This document shows positions 48,054 through 58,272 of a DNA stretch of 64,000 nucleotides, in pieces; position 1 is the stretch's first letter, and the number at the start of each line of letters is the position of its first letter. The DNA comes from Escherichia coli (lineage in GTDB: Bacteria > Pseudomonadota > Gammaproteobacteria > Enterobacterales > Enterobacteriaceae), in assembly GCF_002854065.1 (NCBI RefSeq), contig NZ_CP024152.1; one strand, 5' to 3'. The position numbers were made by a program, and so were the translations under genes. The notes below the pieces were generated by a model. The model ran no database searches and was not told the origin of the DNA. It saw only the letters and a program-made list of their open reading frames with translations.

Positions 48054-48551
48054 AGAGGAGCGAAAGCTCCTCCTGCCGTCCACTTCACAGGGGTTTCTCC
48101 CCGCAGTGGACCTTTCCGATGGGGGCCCGTTTACCGCCTCACGGGACAGCTGTCCGGGGGCGGACGCAAAATTTTTAGCCGGGTTCATGGCTAAAAATTT
48201 TGTGGCCGGTGCATCTCACCCTGGACAGATGGAACGGGAGGGGGTTACGTCTGCCCCCCGGAAAGTCCACAGCGGGAAACAGGCCGCAGGGGTGGCGGCA
48301 GGAGGGAGGACTGCTGCGCCATCAGGCGCAGTTTCCTCACACACCGTCAGGTGTGCAGGGAGCGCAGGTCACGGCGCGACAGGGGCGGCGCGACCGGAAC
48401 GGTCGCTGCAAGCCGGGTTTTCACGCATCGGACCGTAGCGGCAGCCCGAAACCGCGCCAGCGGGTTCGGCGGAGACTGGCGGGTGCGCCAGCAGCTGCCT
48501 GTCGGAGTCGGGCCTGACGACCGGATGCCGCCAGGCAGCCGGGAGCCGAAG
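48054..48551. promoter_or_regulatory. Structured repeat family 1, copy 3 (ssi/Frpo-like), upstream of ssb
   Basis: About 500-bp near-duplicate of 41711-42207, positioned immediately upstream (minus sense) of ssb. Confidence 0.6.
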
Positions 48552-48753
48552 TGGGCGCAATAAAAGACAGCCAGAAACGGTGACAGTGTCACGGAATATC
48601 ACACCTGTTCCCTGCATACAGCCATACACTACCTTCTGACCGGAAAGCCGGGCCGGCAGCGCCGCAGGCGCTGCACCCCGCATTTCCGGCAGGCGTCAGC
48701 CTGCCAGGGGTTTTCGCGCGGGCTGACAGGCGGCCTCCACCGCCTGCCCTGTA

Positions 48754-48945
48754 TCACCTGTTTCTGCTGCCCTGAAGGATATAGTGACCACCGAGGAAAA
48801 CCGCCTGCTGATTCGCCACAAAATCGCAGATTTCATCAACAATCTGCGCAGTGGTGAGCGGTTTCTGCCCCATTTCACGACGCCGCGCATTAATCACGGC
48901 TTTGTAATTGCGCAGAATTTCGCGGGTTTCTGTGCTGATATTCAT
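48754..48945 (-). CDS. Hypothetical small protein (63 aa)
   Basis: ORF coupled to the upstream 140-aa gene. Confidence 0.35.
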   Translation of the reverse strand: MNISTETREILRNYKAVINARRREMGQKPLTTAQIVDEICDFVANQQAVFLGGHYILQGSRNR

Positions 48946-49364
48946 GACATGTGCTCCCCGTCCAGCGCCTGTAACACAACGTCCATTGCTTCGCGTTCTT
49001 CCCTGACGAACGCATCACCGTCGCCCCCGTTCTCACTCCCGACGGCATACAGGCGCTTCATTTCACTGCCTGCCAGCGCCAACACTTTTTCCAGCATCAC
49101 CGCCGGGACTGTCACCTGACGGCTGGCGCGCTTTTCTTCCATCAGTTCACGAACAACGTCGTGAACAACGCTGACATCCGCACCATGCTCAAAGGCATCG
49201 TCCAGCCGCTGCATGACGGTTTCCAGCTCATCGTCTGTCAGACTCCAGTCCTGGGCTATGTGACGCACATCCCCACGGGTCAGCACCACGGCAAAAACGC
49301 ATTCACTGTCCGGCACGTCTGTATCCAGCACTTCGCGGATAATTTCTTTAACAGTACAGTACAT
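48942..49364 (-). CDS. Hypothetical acidic leading-region protein (140 aa), paralog of 51063-51497
   Basis: Shares N-terminal architecture and the RQVTVPA motif with the protein at 51063-51497. Confidence 0.5.
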   Translation of the reverse strand: MYCTVKEIIREVLDTDVPDSECVFAVVLTRGDVRHIAQDWSLTDDELETVMQRLDDAFEHGADVSVVHDVVRELMEEKRASRQVTVPAVMLEKVLALAGSEMKRLYAVGSENGGDGDAFVREEREAMDVVLQALDGEHMS

Positions 49365-49410
49365 GTTCTCGTCTCCTTTACAGGGGCGGCATTGCCGCCC
49401 CGTCCGTTAA

Positions 49411-49836
49411 TCAGTCCAGAGCCGCGTAAATCGCGTTGCATTCGGGGTGAAATTCGATGTGACGCCACAACTGCGCATCGCGCATCCGGTAAAGCTGGGT
49501 CAGTCCTGCATCCCCGCTGTCGTGGTACAGCCACAACTGGCGGTTAATCACAAGGGAGGTCAGGATGATGCCTGCGGCATCAGCACTCACGGTACGGTCA
49601 AACCAGTTTGCACCGTTCACCATGTGGAAACGGTCGCCATCCGGCATCATGTAACCGCCACCGTCCGGCAGGCGGATGAAGTGCCAGAAGCCTCCCTGAT
49701 ATTCCGGCATCATTTTTTGCGCCAGCGCGTACACATACGCCTCGGCATACAGAAAATCGTTGCCAAACAGATACGGCAGAAAGGAGAGACGGTCGCACTC
49801 TTCAACATTCAGAGTGACAGGTTTCGCATATTGCAT
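49411..49836 (-). CDS. KlcA/ArdB-family antirestriction-like protein (141 aa)
   Basis: Family-typical motifs EYQGGFWHF and [10 protein letters not shown]; located directly downstream of a structured repeat, like ardA. Confidence 0.65.
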   Translation of the reverse strand: MQYAKPVTLNVEECDRLSFLPYLFGNDFLYAEAYVYALAQKMMPEYQGGFWHFIRLPDGGGYMMPDGDRFHMVNGANWFDRTVSADAAGIILTSLVINRQLWLYHDSGDAGLTQLYRMRDAQLWRHIEFHPECNAIYAALD

Positions 49837-49869
49837 GATGTTTTCCTCCGTTGTTCACATATTCCGCGA

Positions 49870-50192
49870 CACCGGGCGGTGCCGTGCCTCCATAAAAGCC
49901 GGGCGAACAGGCGGGGATGCAGGGGCGCAAGGGAAGCCGCAGCCTGACGCACACGGCTGACGGGAGTTGCAGGGTGAGACCGCGAAATCTGAGCGGGTGA
50001 ACGACCGGAAAATCACGGCAGACGGGAAGGAGGGACCGGGTGACCGCCGCGTTCATTTTACCCTTGCATCCCCGCCAGCCCGGCTAAGATGGAGGCACGG
50101 CACAGCCCGCACACGACACGGCGGCCACATAACTGAAAACCCACAAGGCCATGCCCCGCATGGCCGGGTAAAGCGGAGCCGGCGGCGACTTC
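49870..50192. promoter_or_regulatory. Structured repeat family 2, copy B (ssDNA promoter candidate)
   Basis: Near-duplicate of 42922-43248 including the 15-bp inverted repeat arms. Confidence 0.55.
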
Positions 50193-50247
50193 CTTTGTGC
50201 TCTGTCCGGGACCGGCAGGAAAAAGGCGGGGATTTTCCCCGCCATCA

Positions 50248-51018
50248 TCAGCCCCTGATTTTTGCCAGGGCATCCGCCACGCTACGGATTTCGGCCCGGG
50301 CTTCCCGGACAACTTCCCGCAGAACACAACGGTCAAACCACCGGCGGGGCGGTTCATCCGGTATACGCAGCACATCGCAGGCCAGCCCACTGGACAGGAT
50401 ATGCTCAATACAATCGCTGACCAGATACATTTCCACCGCCGAAAAACGTGCGCCCCGGTTCAGGATGGCATCGAGCACCACGGGCAGGTTTTCGTCATCT
50501 TCATCAAGCCAGCAGGGGTAATCGCTTTCCTTCACGACCAGGCGAAAGCGGCGCGTCTGGCGGGTCAGTAACGTCTGACCGGTTGTGGTCAGCGCCGCCC
50601 GGATACGCCGCGTATCTTCTGCCACCTGGTAACTGACACAGCGTACTGCATCGCGTACCGCATCAAGAACTGCCCTGATTTCGTCCTCTGCCAGCCACTC
50701 ACCGGCATACGGAAAAGACACCTGTGTTCCGTCTGCCGGAAGTACCGGCAGCGACTGCCACTGACTGCCGGACAGTACCAGTTCCGCCCCGGTTCCGGTC
50801 AGTTTCTGAATGGCGGAGGCCAGGTGCGGCGGCAGCACGCCATCGTGGCGGTTAACGAGTAACGTCGCCAGCCGGGGCGCATCCAGCCGCACGTAAATGC
50901 TGATCCAGCCCGGATAGTTCGGATTTCGCTGGTCAACATCCGTCTCTTCCGGCCAGCCCTGCGCCAGCAGCAGGTTACGGGCGTGGCGACAAATCAGTGC
51001 ATTCAGCGTTTCGTTCAT
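50248..51018 (-). CDS. Hypothetical leading-region protein (256 aa)
   Basis: ORF with no recognisable motif; reads toward repeat family 2 copy B. Confidence 0.45.
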   Translation of the reverse strand: MNETLNALICRHARNLLLAQGWPEETDVDQRNPNYPGWISIYVRLDAPRLATLLVNRHDGVLPPHLASAIQKLTGTGAELVLSGSQWQSLPVLPADGTQVSFPYAGEWLAEDEIRAVLDAVRDAVRCVSYQVAEDTRRIRAALTTTGQTLLTRQTRRFRLVVKESDYPCWLDEDDENLPVVLDAILNRGARFSAVEMYLVSDCIEHILSSGLACDVLRIPDEPPRRWFDRCVLREVVREARAEIRSVADALAKIRG

Positions 51019-51062
51019 GATTCATGGTCTCCCTGAATCGCCGCCCGGAGGCGGCGATAACA

Positions 51063-51497
51063 TCAGTCGGTTTCGCGTGTGTTGTTTTTCAGCAGGGCGC
51101 GGGCCTGATTAACCACCGCCTGTCGGCGGGTGACGCATTCCGGGACGGCGAGGTCGTTATCACGGGCGGCCCACTCACGTTTCCACAGTGCCTGTTCAGC
51201 GGTCTGAATCAGGGACGCCAGCAGTTCAGCAGGGACGGTCACCTGGCGGTTTTCTCTCACGTTATTGATGATCTCCATCGCCACGCCGGAAGAAATACCG
51301 GACTCAATCCGCTGGTCTTCCGGGATGTCCTCCAGGCGCGCCAGGACGGTCCTGATTTCATGATCGGACAGGGAAATATCCATTCCGTCAGCGAGGGCCT
51401 GAATCTCTTCAGGGGACCAGACAACCAGCATCAGCGGCGTGTCTCCCTGATACTTTGCTGCCAGCTCCCGGCAGAGTATTTCGCATGTTCCGTACAT
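51063..51497 (-). CDS. Hypothetical acidic leading-region protein (144 aa), paralog of 48942-49364
   Basis: ATG at 51497 with GGGGAG RBS; RQVTVPAELL motif shared with the paralog. Confidence 0.5.
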   Translation of the reverse strand: MYGTCEILCRELAAKYQGDTPLMLVVWSPEEIQALADGMDISLSDHEIRTVLARLEDIPEDQRIESGISSGVAMEIINNVRENRQVTVPAELLASLIQTAEQALWKREWAARDNDLAVPECVTRRQAVVNQARALLKNNTRETD

Positions 51498-51508
51498 ACT
51501 CTCTCCCC

Positions 51509-51730
51509 TCAATCTTTGAAGCAGGAATCCAGTTCCAGAATTTCGGTATATGCCTCCATCAGGAGGCGGTTTGCGCGAAACAACGTCTGACGCACCAGAC
51601 GTTCCGGCAGGGTGTCAGCATTAAAGCTGTACCGCCGCTCCATCTCATTCATGGTTGTACGCAGGTCGCACATGGCATTGGCCACCTCCGCCACTTCGGC
51701 GCGAAGTTTTTCATGTCCGGCATAGTTCAT
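51509..51730 (-). CDS. Hypothetical small protein (73 aa)
   Basis: ORF immediately downstream of the methyltransferase gene. Confidence 0.35.
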   Translation of the reverse strand: MNYAGHEKLRAEVAEVANAMCDLRTTMNEMERRYSFNADTLPERLVRQTLFRANRLLMEAYTEILELDSCFKD

Positions 51731-52414
51731 TTACGCAGCCTCCGGCATAAACCAGTCATCATTCGCGGCCCCCTGCTGCATGGCCCGCTGTACGGCAGCC
51801 AGACGTTGCTGTCCGGCACGGTGATACTGCTCAAGCAGCTCGATACCGATATACCGGCGTCCGGACTGGAGGGCGGCGACGCAGGTTGAGCCGCTGCCTG
51901 CAAACGGGTCCAGCACAATCGCGTTCGGGTGTGTGAAGCTCTCAATCAGCGGTTGCAGGCTGGTAACGGGCTTTTCCGTCGGGTGATGACGGTTGCCCGA
52001 ATATTTCCAGCCCAGCACGTCCGGCAGCGGGTTTTGTGGCAGACGTGGACGGCCTTTTGCCAGGATGTAGGCGCATTCGTGGCGATAGCCCACATATGCG
52101 GCCTTCGATGTGTAGTTTTTGGTAAACACCAGGTGTCCGACCACGCTGAATCCCGCATTTTTCCAGGCGGCCATAAAGCGATCGACGCGGTTCCAGCCGT
52201 AGAAGCTCACCATCAGCGCGTCTTTTTTGAGTACGCGGTACATTTCATTACAGGCCGGTTGCAGCCATTCATCGGTTTTATCGCCGGCGATGGTGCGCCC
52301 GGAACGGTCACGAAAACCGACGAGATATGGCGGGTCAGTTAATATGAAATCAATGGCGTTATCAGGGATACGCGTCATAACATCGATGCAGTTACCAAGG
52401 ACAAAACGGGACAT
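51731..52414 (-). CDS. Orphan DNA methyltransferase, N6-adenine/N4-cytosine beta-class (227 aa)
   Basis: Motif IV DPPY precedes the AdoMet motif I FAGSGST; no adjacent restriction endonuclease. Confidence 0.75.
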   Translation of the reverse strand: MSRFVLGNCIDVMTRIPDNAIDFILTDPPYLVGFRDRSGRTIAGDKTDEWLQPACNEMYRVLKKDALMVSFYGWNRVDRFMAAWKNAGFSVVGHLVFTKNYTSKAAYVGYRHECAYILAKGRPRLPQNPLPDVLGWKYSGNRHHPTEKPVTSLQPLIESFTHPNAIVLDPFAGSGSTCVAALQSGRRYIGIELLEQYHRAGQQRLAAVQRAMQQGAANDDWFMPEAA

Positions 52415-52797
52415 ACGAAACTCCTTCTCTTACAGAGGGCACCGGGAGGGCACCCCTGTGGTGCCCGTTCCCCGCTGCCTGTGGGCTGTTCACCGCGTCC
52501 GGTAACGGGTCAGGCCGACCGTGGAATATCGCAGCCGTCGTCTTTTTGACGGCGAGAATATGCCGCGAAAGCGGCTTGAAGGGCGTTCATCAGAAAAGGG
52601 CGACAGGCTGGCGTACACTGTCATCGACGCCAGCCGGGAGCGGTAAAAGCGCCCGTCCCGTGCCCGCCGGACGCGGGACACTGACCACAGGCAGCGTTTA
52701 TGCCGCGCCGCGTCAGCCGGCGCAGTAAAAAGAGGAGCACGGCGACATCCTTTGTCGGAAAAGAAGCGGGCGGTTTCCCGCCCGTCTCCGTCATACT

Positions 52798-53553
52798 TCA
52801 TCCGCCATAATGCGCCACATTGTCGACTATCCACGCAGGTCCGGTGACTTCCGGCAGCTCATCGTCATCTGTCGGGGAAGACCATTCCAGTTCCCCCCAC
52901 AGCACATCAACAAGCTCTCCGCGCTCATACAACTGCCAGCCACAGAAATCACAGCCCTGTTCGGCGTACCAGTGCTCCAGCGTGCAGCCGAAAAGGCGGC
53001 TTAATTCTGCAACAACGTCGCTCTCCGGCTGACACCACGGCGTGTCGAAATCTACCTGAATGAAGTTTTCCCCCTGACTGCTGATATTCAGGTCATACCC
53101 ACAAGGCCACTTCACGCCATACCGTTCTGTATACCAGTGATATGCAGAAGGAACACCGTTCAGAACACCGCCGTTAAAGCCATTCACTTCAATATCCAGG
53201 CGGGTCGGCAAAACCGTCAGCAGGTCAAACGGCATGGTTTTTTCCGGCAGTACGTTGTCACACAGACGGTTCCACCACACCGATACATCCTCGTTACTCC
53301 AGAAGCCACACCAGTCACCTCTCTTTGCGGTGAAAAGTGCGGTGATGGTATCCCTGACATCGTCCGGTAATCCTTCCCAGCGACGCTGTTCAGTACCGCT
53401 CTGCAGCCAGAGTTCATGCAGCATCAGGCAGTTTTGTTCATCCAGTAGCACACCGTTCTGCAGGTGTGTCAGCCAGCGTGTGAACGCGATATTCTCCGGC
53501 GATACAACACCACGTCCGGCAGCCGTCAGTCCGGGGCACGGTTCAAACTGCAC
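52798..53553 (-). CDS. Hypothetical Trp-rich leading-region protein (251 aa)
   Basis: ORF with GTG start; no recognisable catalytic motif. Confidence 0.4.
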   Translation of the reverse strand: MQFEPCPGLTAAGRGVVSPENIAFTRWLTHLQNGVLLDEQNCLMLHELWLQSGTEQRRWEGLPDDVRDTITALFTAKRGDWCGFWSNEDVSVWWNRLCDNVLPEKTMPFDLLTVLPTRLDIEVNGFNGGVLNGVPSAYHWYTERYGVKWPCGYDLNISSQGENFIQVDFDTPWCQPESDVVAELSRLFGCTLEHWYAEQGCDFCGWQLYERGELVDVLWGELEWSSPTDDDELPEVTGPAWIVDNVAHYGG

Positions 53554-54077
53554 ATCTTCGTGGTCTGCAGAAGTCCGGCACTTCCGGCCAGAAACAGCTG
53601 AATACCTTCATTTGTGGCGCGGCGATAAAACGGTGTGACTGCGCCGCTGGCCAGTCGTTTAATCTCAGCGATCTGTGCCGGTTCACCAGAAAAATACATA
53701 CGATTCGAGCACCAGTTTGGCATGGGAATTCTCCTCTCACATGCGGCCTCCATCAGGCCGTGCCGCACCTGTAACCGGGCGACCGCATACGAATGCAGGT
53801 GCGGCCCCGAAGCCGCAGCGCGTGGAGGAGGAACGACGAAACGTGACCGGGTGAGGAGGCCGGCGACAGCGACACACTTGCATCGGATGCAGCCCGGTTA
53901 ACGTGCCGGCACGGCCTGGGTAACCAGGTATTTTATTCACAGAACCGTGCGCAAAATGCTGTGGATAAGCTGAACACAGCAGTCCACAGCAGGCATACAG
54001 CCACACTCTCAGAGAATTGAGCGCTTTTTAGTCACAATAATGACATTTGACTGTGTGTGGATTCAGTTATTAGAATA

Positions 54078-54093
54078 CTGTATATGCATACAG
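54078..54093 (+). promoter_or_regulatory. LexA (SOS) box at the impCAB promoter
   Basis: CTGTATATGCATACAG matches CTGT-N8-ACAG exactly and sits about 24 nt upstream of the impC start. Confidence 0.75.
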
Positions 54094-54116
54094 CAACAGA
54101 AAAGGGAGATGAGAAC

Positions 54117-54365
54117 ATGATCCGCATTGAAATTCTTTTCGACCGCCAGAGCACAAAAAACCTCAAATCAGGCACACTTCAGGCGCTACAGAATGAAATC
54201 GAACAACGTCTGAAACCACACTACCCGGAAATCTGGCTGCGTATAGACCAGGGCAGCGCCCCGTCTGTATCTGTCACAGGAGCCCGCAACGACAAGGATA
54301 AAGAACGTATCCTGTCTCTGCTGGAAGAAATCTGGCAGGACGACAGCTGGCTGCCTGCAGCATGA
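54117..54365 (+). CDS. impC: ImpC, DinI-like small SOS protein (82 aa)
   Basis: ATG at 54117 with GGGAGATGAG RBS; DinI-like size; first gene of the imp operon. Confidence 0.7.
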   Translation: MIRIEILFDRQSTKNLKSGTLQALQNEIEQRLKPHYPEIWLRIDQGSAPSVSVTGARNDKDKERILSLLEEIWQDDSWLPAA

Positions 54366-54800
54366 GTACCGTTTATCACCGTCCGGCTGACCCTTCAGGC
54401 GATGACAGTTACGTGCGCCCGTTGTTTGCCGATCGTTGCCAGGCCGGTTTTCCTTTCGCCTGCCACTGATTATGCTGAGCAGGAACTGGATCTGAACAGC
54501 TATTGCATCAGCAGACCTGCAGCCACCTTCTTTCTGCGCGCCAGCGGTGAATCGATGAACCAGGCTGGCGTGCAGAATGGTGATCTGCTGGTAGTGGACA
54601 GGGCCGAAAAACCACAACACGGGGACATCGTTATCGCTGAGATCGACGGTGAGTTCACCGTCAAACGACTGCTGTTGCGCCCACGCCCGGCACTGGAGCC
54701 GGTTTCAGACAGCCCGGAGTTCCGCACACTGTATCCGGAAAACATCTGTATTTTTGGTGTTGTCACTCACGTGATACACAGGACGCGGGAGTTACGCTGA
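54362..54800 (+). pseudogene. impA: impA (UmuD-like) interrupted by a +1 frameshift in a T run near 54454-54456
   Basis: The N-terminal 34 codons (MSTVYHRPADPSGDDSYVRPLFADRCQAGFP) are in one frame from the ATGA-coupled start and hit TGA at 54464; the rest (SPATDYAEQ...SGESM...KRL) is in another frame (ORF 54402-54800). The UmuD-type GFPSPA motif is restored by removing one T. Confidence 0.6.
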
Positions 54801-56073
54801 TGTTTGCACTGGCTGATATCAACAGTTTCTACGCCTCATGTGAAAAAGTTTTCCGCCCGGACCTTCGCAACGAACCGGTCATCGTACTCAGCAATAACGA
54901 TGGCTGTGTGATCGCGCGCAGCCCGGAGGCAAAAGCCCTTGGCATCAGAATGGGGCAGCCCTGGTTTCAGGTGAGACAAATGCGCCTGGAGAAGAAAATA
55001 CATGTATTTTCCAGCAATTATGCGCTGTACCACAGCATGAGCCAACGGGTTATGGCTGTTCTGGAGTCGCTTTCTCCCGCAGTTGAGCCCTACTCAATTG
55101 ATGAAATGTTCATTGATTTGCGGGGGGTGAACCGTTGCATCTCTCCGGAGGTTTTGGTCATCAGCTCAGGGAACAGGTAAAGAGCTGGACAGGACTCACC
55201 ATGGGGGTGGGCATTGCGCCTACAAAAACGCTGGCTAAAAGTGCACAGTGGGCAACAAAGCAATGGCCACAGTTTTCCGGTGTGGTCGCGCTGACGGCAG
55301 AAAACCGTAATCGGATCTTGAAGCTACTGGGGCTGCAGCCAGTTGGTGAGGTCTGGGGAGTAGGACGCAGACTGACGGAAAAGCTGAATGCACTGGGTAT
55401 TAACACAGCACTGCAGCTGGCGCAGGCTAACACGGCATTCATCCGGAAAAACTTCAGCGTCATTCTTGAGCGTACGGTACGCGAACTCAACGGCGAGTCC
55501 TGCATATCCCTGGAAGAAGCACCACCGGCAAAACAGCAGATTGTCTGTAGTCGCAGTTTTGGTGAACGAATCACAGACAAAGATGCCATGCACCAGGCTG
55601 TTGTTCAGTATGCAGAGCGGGCCGCAGAGAAACTACGTGGGGAGCTTCAGTATTGCCGGCAGGTGACGACATTTGTACGGACATCCCCCTTTGCAGTAAA
55701 AGAACCCTGTTACAGCAATGCCGCTGTGGAAAAGCTTCCATTGCCCACACAGGACAGCCGGGACATTATTGCCGCCGCATGCAGAGCCTTAAACCATGTC
55801 TGGCGTGAAGGGTACCGCTATATGAAGGCAGGAGTCATGCTGGCTGATTTCACACCATCGGGTATAGCGCAGCCGGGATTATTTGATGAAATCCAGCCCC
55901 GTAAAAACAGTGAAAAGTTAATGAAAACACTCGATGAACTGAACCAGTCGGGAAAAGGGAAAGTGTGGTTTGCGGGGCGAGGAACCGCCCCTGAATGGCA
56001 AATGAAACGGGAAATGTTGAGTCAGTGTTATACAACTAAATGGCGAGATATTCCCCTGGCCAGGCTGGGTTAG
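54800..56073 (+). pseudogene. impB: impB (UmuC-like Y-family polymerase) interrupted by a -1 frameshift in a T run near 55152-55155
   Basis: ORF 54800-55180 (MFALADINSFYASCEKVFRPD...DEMFIDLRGVNRC) and ORF 55135-56073 (FGHQLREQV...) are consecutive parts of a UmuC-like protein in different frames; adding one T to GTTTTG restores continuity. Confidence 0.6.
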
Positions 56074-56074
56074 T

Positions 56075-56491
56075 TCAGTCATCTCCGAACATATTTTCAG
56101 CGTTTCTTCTGGTCTGGTCTTCACCGTCATTTCTCGACAGACTCTGCTCTGTAAGAGGAGTACTGCAATCCACAGACGTATGGAGACCAGATTGTTTTTC
56201 CAGTAATTCAAGCAATTTCTTTTCAACCGAAAAAGCACCTGGTATCACGCTGGAAATCACCTTATTAATATCATCCAGAGTCGTATTTTCTGTCAGTAAC
56301 TCCGATATCAGCAAAGGAAGACGTTTATCTATAGCTGCAAACGCCGCACCAGTAACTAACATCGCGCGCATGAAACGTCCCCGCTCCTTCAGTTTTTCAT
56401 TTGCAATGAGCTCATCTGCTATCTTATCTCCTGTCCGTTCATCCGGGAAAAGTTCAAATGAGCAGCGTCTGGATTTATTTTCATCACTCAT
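56075..56491 (-). CDS. parR: ParR/StbB-like partition adaptor protein (138 aa)
   Basis: Small gene immediately downstream of, and overlapping, the ParM-like gene. Confidence 0.5.
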   Translation of the reverse strand: MSDENKSRRCSFELFPDERTGDKIADELIANEKLKERGRFMRAMLVTGAAFAAIDKRLPLLISELLTENTTLDDINKVISSVIPGAFSVEKKLLELLEKQSGLHTSVDCSTPLTEQSLSRNDGEDQTRRNAENMFGDD

Positions 56492-57464
56492 TAGTCACAC
56501 CACCTTTCATTTTTATCATTCCCATGACTAAATCAAACTGCGGGGATGAGCTCAGATAAAAGCGCTCATCAGGAACCTTAGTCAGGTTCTTCACAGCCTC
56601 GGCCACAATTTCAGCCCCACCACCAACACACATTACATGTGTATAGTCGGTGAAACGGCTGATGACATCATTAACTCGTTTAATAAGCAACTTCTGCCGT
56701 TCATTGATAACATTAATGATAGACTCACGCTGTTCAGCATTATAAATGCGACGGGAAAGGTAGTCAGGTTCATTACGGTGCACAATGATATTGTCAGCCT
56801 GGAATGAGCTCACTCTTGTATTAGCATGTACAGCCATCTGTTCCTTAACCCCGGATGTAATCAGGGACACGCCGATATTTGGATCACACCAGGTTTTTGT
56901 AATCCCTGTCATTTTGCTACGAACATGCGACACATCAAGAGTTGTACCACCGAGATCTACGATCAAAAGGGATTCATCATCCTCAAGCCCCGCAAGAACA
57001 CTGAAACCAGCGGGAATACTTTCAGGAAGAACGGAAACACTGCGAATAACAAATGCATCACTCCCCTGCACCCGTACTTCACGCATCACATTTTTTTTCT
57101 TTCTTTCAATGTTTTGCTTATTTTTCTGATTGTTGGCGTCAAGGTATTCAGAGATCGGCAATGTGACGATGACATCAACAGGCTGCGCTTTCAGGCCGGT
57201 CTGCTGTAGCGCATGCTGAATGGCCACAACATTCACATCACTGTACTGATAGCGTGTTTCAGTCGTTACGACAGCATCAGCACTTAATGGATCAAATGAA
57301 AACTTCTCGCCGTCGATCTCGTAATTAGCCGGGGCAGCATCATCCAGTAAACTAAAAGACCATTCCGGTTTAAAGCTGTTAGGGCTGATTAACGTTTTCA
57401 CGTCACCATCCTCCAACCAGGCAAGTTTAATGTTGGTAGAACCATCATCAATAAAGATTTTCAT
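56484..57464 (-). CDS. parM: ParM/StbA-like actin-type segregation ATPase (326 aa)
   Basis: Actin-fold phosphate motifs (KIFIDDGSTNIKLAW, VDLGGTTLD, CVGGGA); ATG at 57464. Confidence 0.7.
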   Translation of the reverse strand: MKIFIDDGSTNIKLAWLEDGDVKTLISPNSFKPEWSFSLLDDAAPANYEIDGEKFSFDPLSADAVVTTETRYQYSDVNVVAIQHALQQTGLKAQPVDVIVTLPISEYLDANNQKNKQNIERKKKNVMREVRVQGSDAFVIRSVSVLPESIPAGFSVLAGLEDDESLLIVDLGGTTLDVSHVRSKMTGITKTWCDPNIGVSLITSGVKEQMAVHANTRVSSFQADNIIVHRNEPDYLSRRIYNAEQRESIINVINERQKLLIKRVNDVISRFTDYTHVMCVGGGAEIVAEAVKNLTKVPDERFYLSSSPQFDLVMGMIKMKGGVTNE

Positions 57465-57720
57465 AACCAGTCTCCGTTGCTCATAAACAAATAGAAAAAA
57501 CAAACATGCTTCATACATGCAATGTATATTCAATTATAATGAAAAAACGGTCTTTCTGAAAGGACAAATGCAACATAAAAACACGATAAATTGCATGTAC
57601 ATTGTACACACAACTTTAAGACCAGAGGAAATCATAGATACAAAAACATTATGAAGGTTATATGTGATACATAAATGCAATATAAAAACATCGTGGACAT
57701 CATGGTTCAGGTTAGGGGAA
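57465..57720. promoter_or_regulatory. AT-rich centromere/promoter-like region upstream of parM with repeated TGCA-containing motifs
   Basis: Repeated ACATGCAATGTA / AAATGCAACATA / AATTGCATGTACATTGTACA / AAATGCAATATA elements in an AT-rich leader. Confidence 0.35.
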
Positions 57721-57877
57721 AAGGAATGAAATGGTGAAACTGAGAGGAAAGGAAAGCGGTGACGAATCATGTCACCATAAACAGAAAGATGTCTAATGGG
57801 GACTCTTTAGGTACGTGAAGAATCCCCATAACGCATTTAAAAGACACACATCAGATACCTTTAAGGTATCCGATAGT

Positions 57878-58186
57878 TTATTGACCTATTGCACCATCAC
57901 GTTCAAGCTTCTCTCTTATAGCCTCAATAATATATGAGCTAAAATCCAGAGATGTTTTACTGGTCGCTTTAAGTTCCGCATGAGCTTCAAAATACGACAG
58001 CGGTATGGCCTTAAGATTCTTAGCCTTCGTCCTGGCAGCCACGGGACGACCTGAAACTTCCTCTGCACCTTCATTTGGCTGAGACGGGGCTGTTGCTGTT
58101 ACGGCAGAAGAAGAAGTTTGTAATCTGGCAGAATCCACCAGGTTTTTCAGTTTTTCAGCCTGTGCACTAAATTTCGCTTTGCTCAT
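57878..58186 (-). CDS. ParG-like small centromere-binding protein (102 aa)
   Basis: Small ORF directly downstream of parA; flexible N-terminus and C-terminal helices consistent with ParG/RHH partition proteins. Confidence 0.5.
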   Translation of the reverse strand: MSKAKFSAQAEKLKNLVDSARLQTSSSAVTATAPSQPNEGAEEVSGRPVAARTKAKNLKAIPLSYFEAHAELKATSKTSLDFSSYIIEAIREKLERDGAIGQ

Positions 58187-58272
58187 GAGATAACCCAGGA
58201 TGTTTGTTAGATACTTAAAAGATATCCATTAAAAGCCCAAAGGATACTATATGGATACCCAATAGACACACC
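58187..58272. repeat. GATATCC / GGATAC iteron cluster between parA and parG-like genes
   Basis: GATATCC (58221-58227), GGATACT (58242-58248) and GGATACC (58253-58259); related motifs at 57853-57874 and 58973-59077. Confidence 0.4.

Noticed and set aside
38854-50192. Long leading-region repeats as a CRISPR array or IS fragments
   Set aside because: The repeats are 300-500 bp, internally palindromic and not separated by short unique spacers; no transposase is adjacent. They fit ssDNA promoter elements.
53526-53768. 80-aa ORF overlapping the start of 52798-53553
   Set aside because: No clear RBS and a 28-nt overlap with the downstream gene; could not decide between a frameshifted N-terminus and a chance ORF, so not called.
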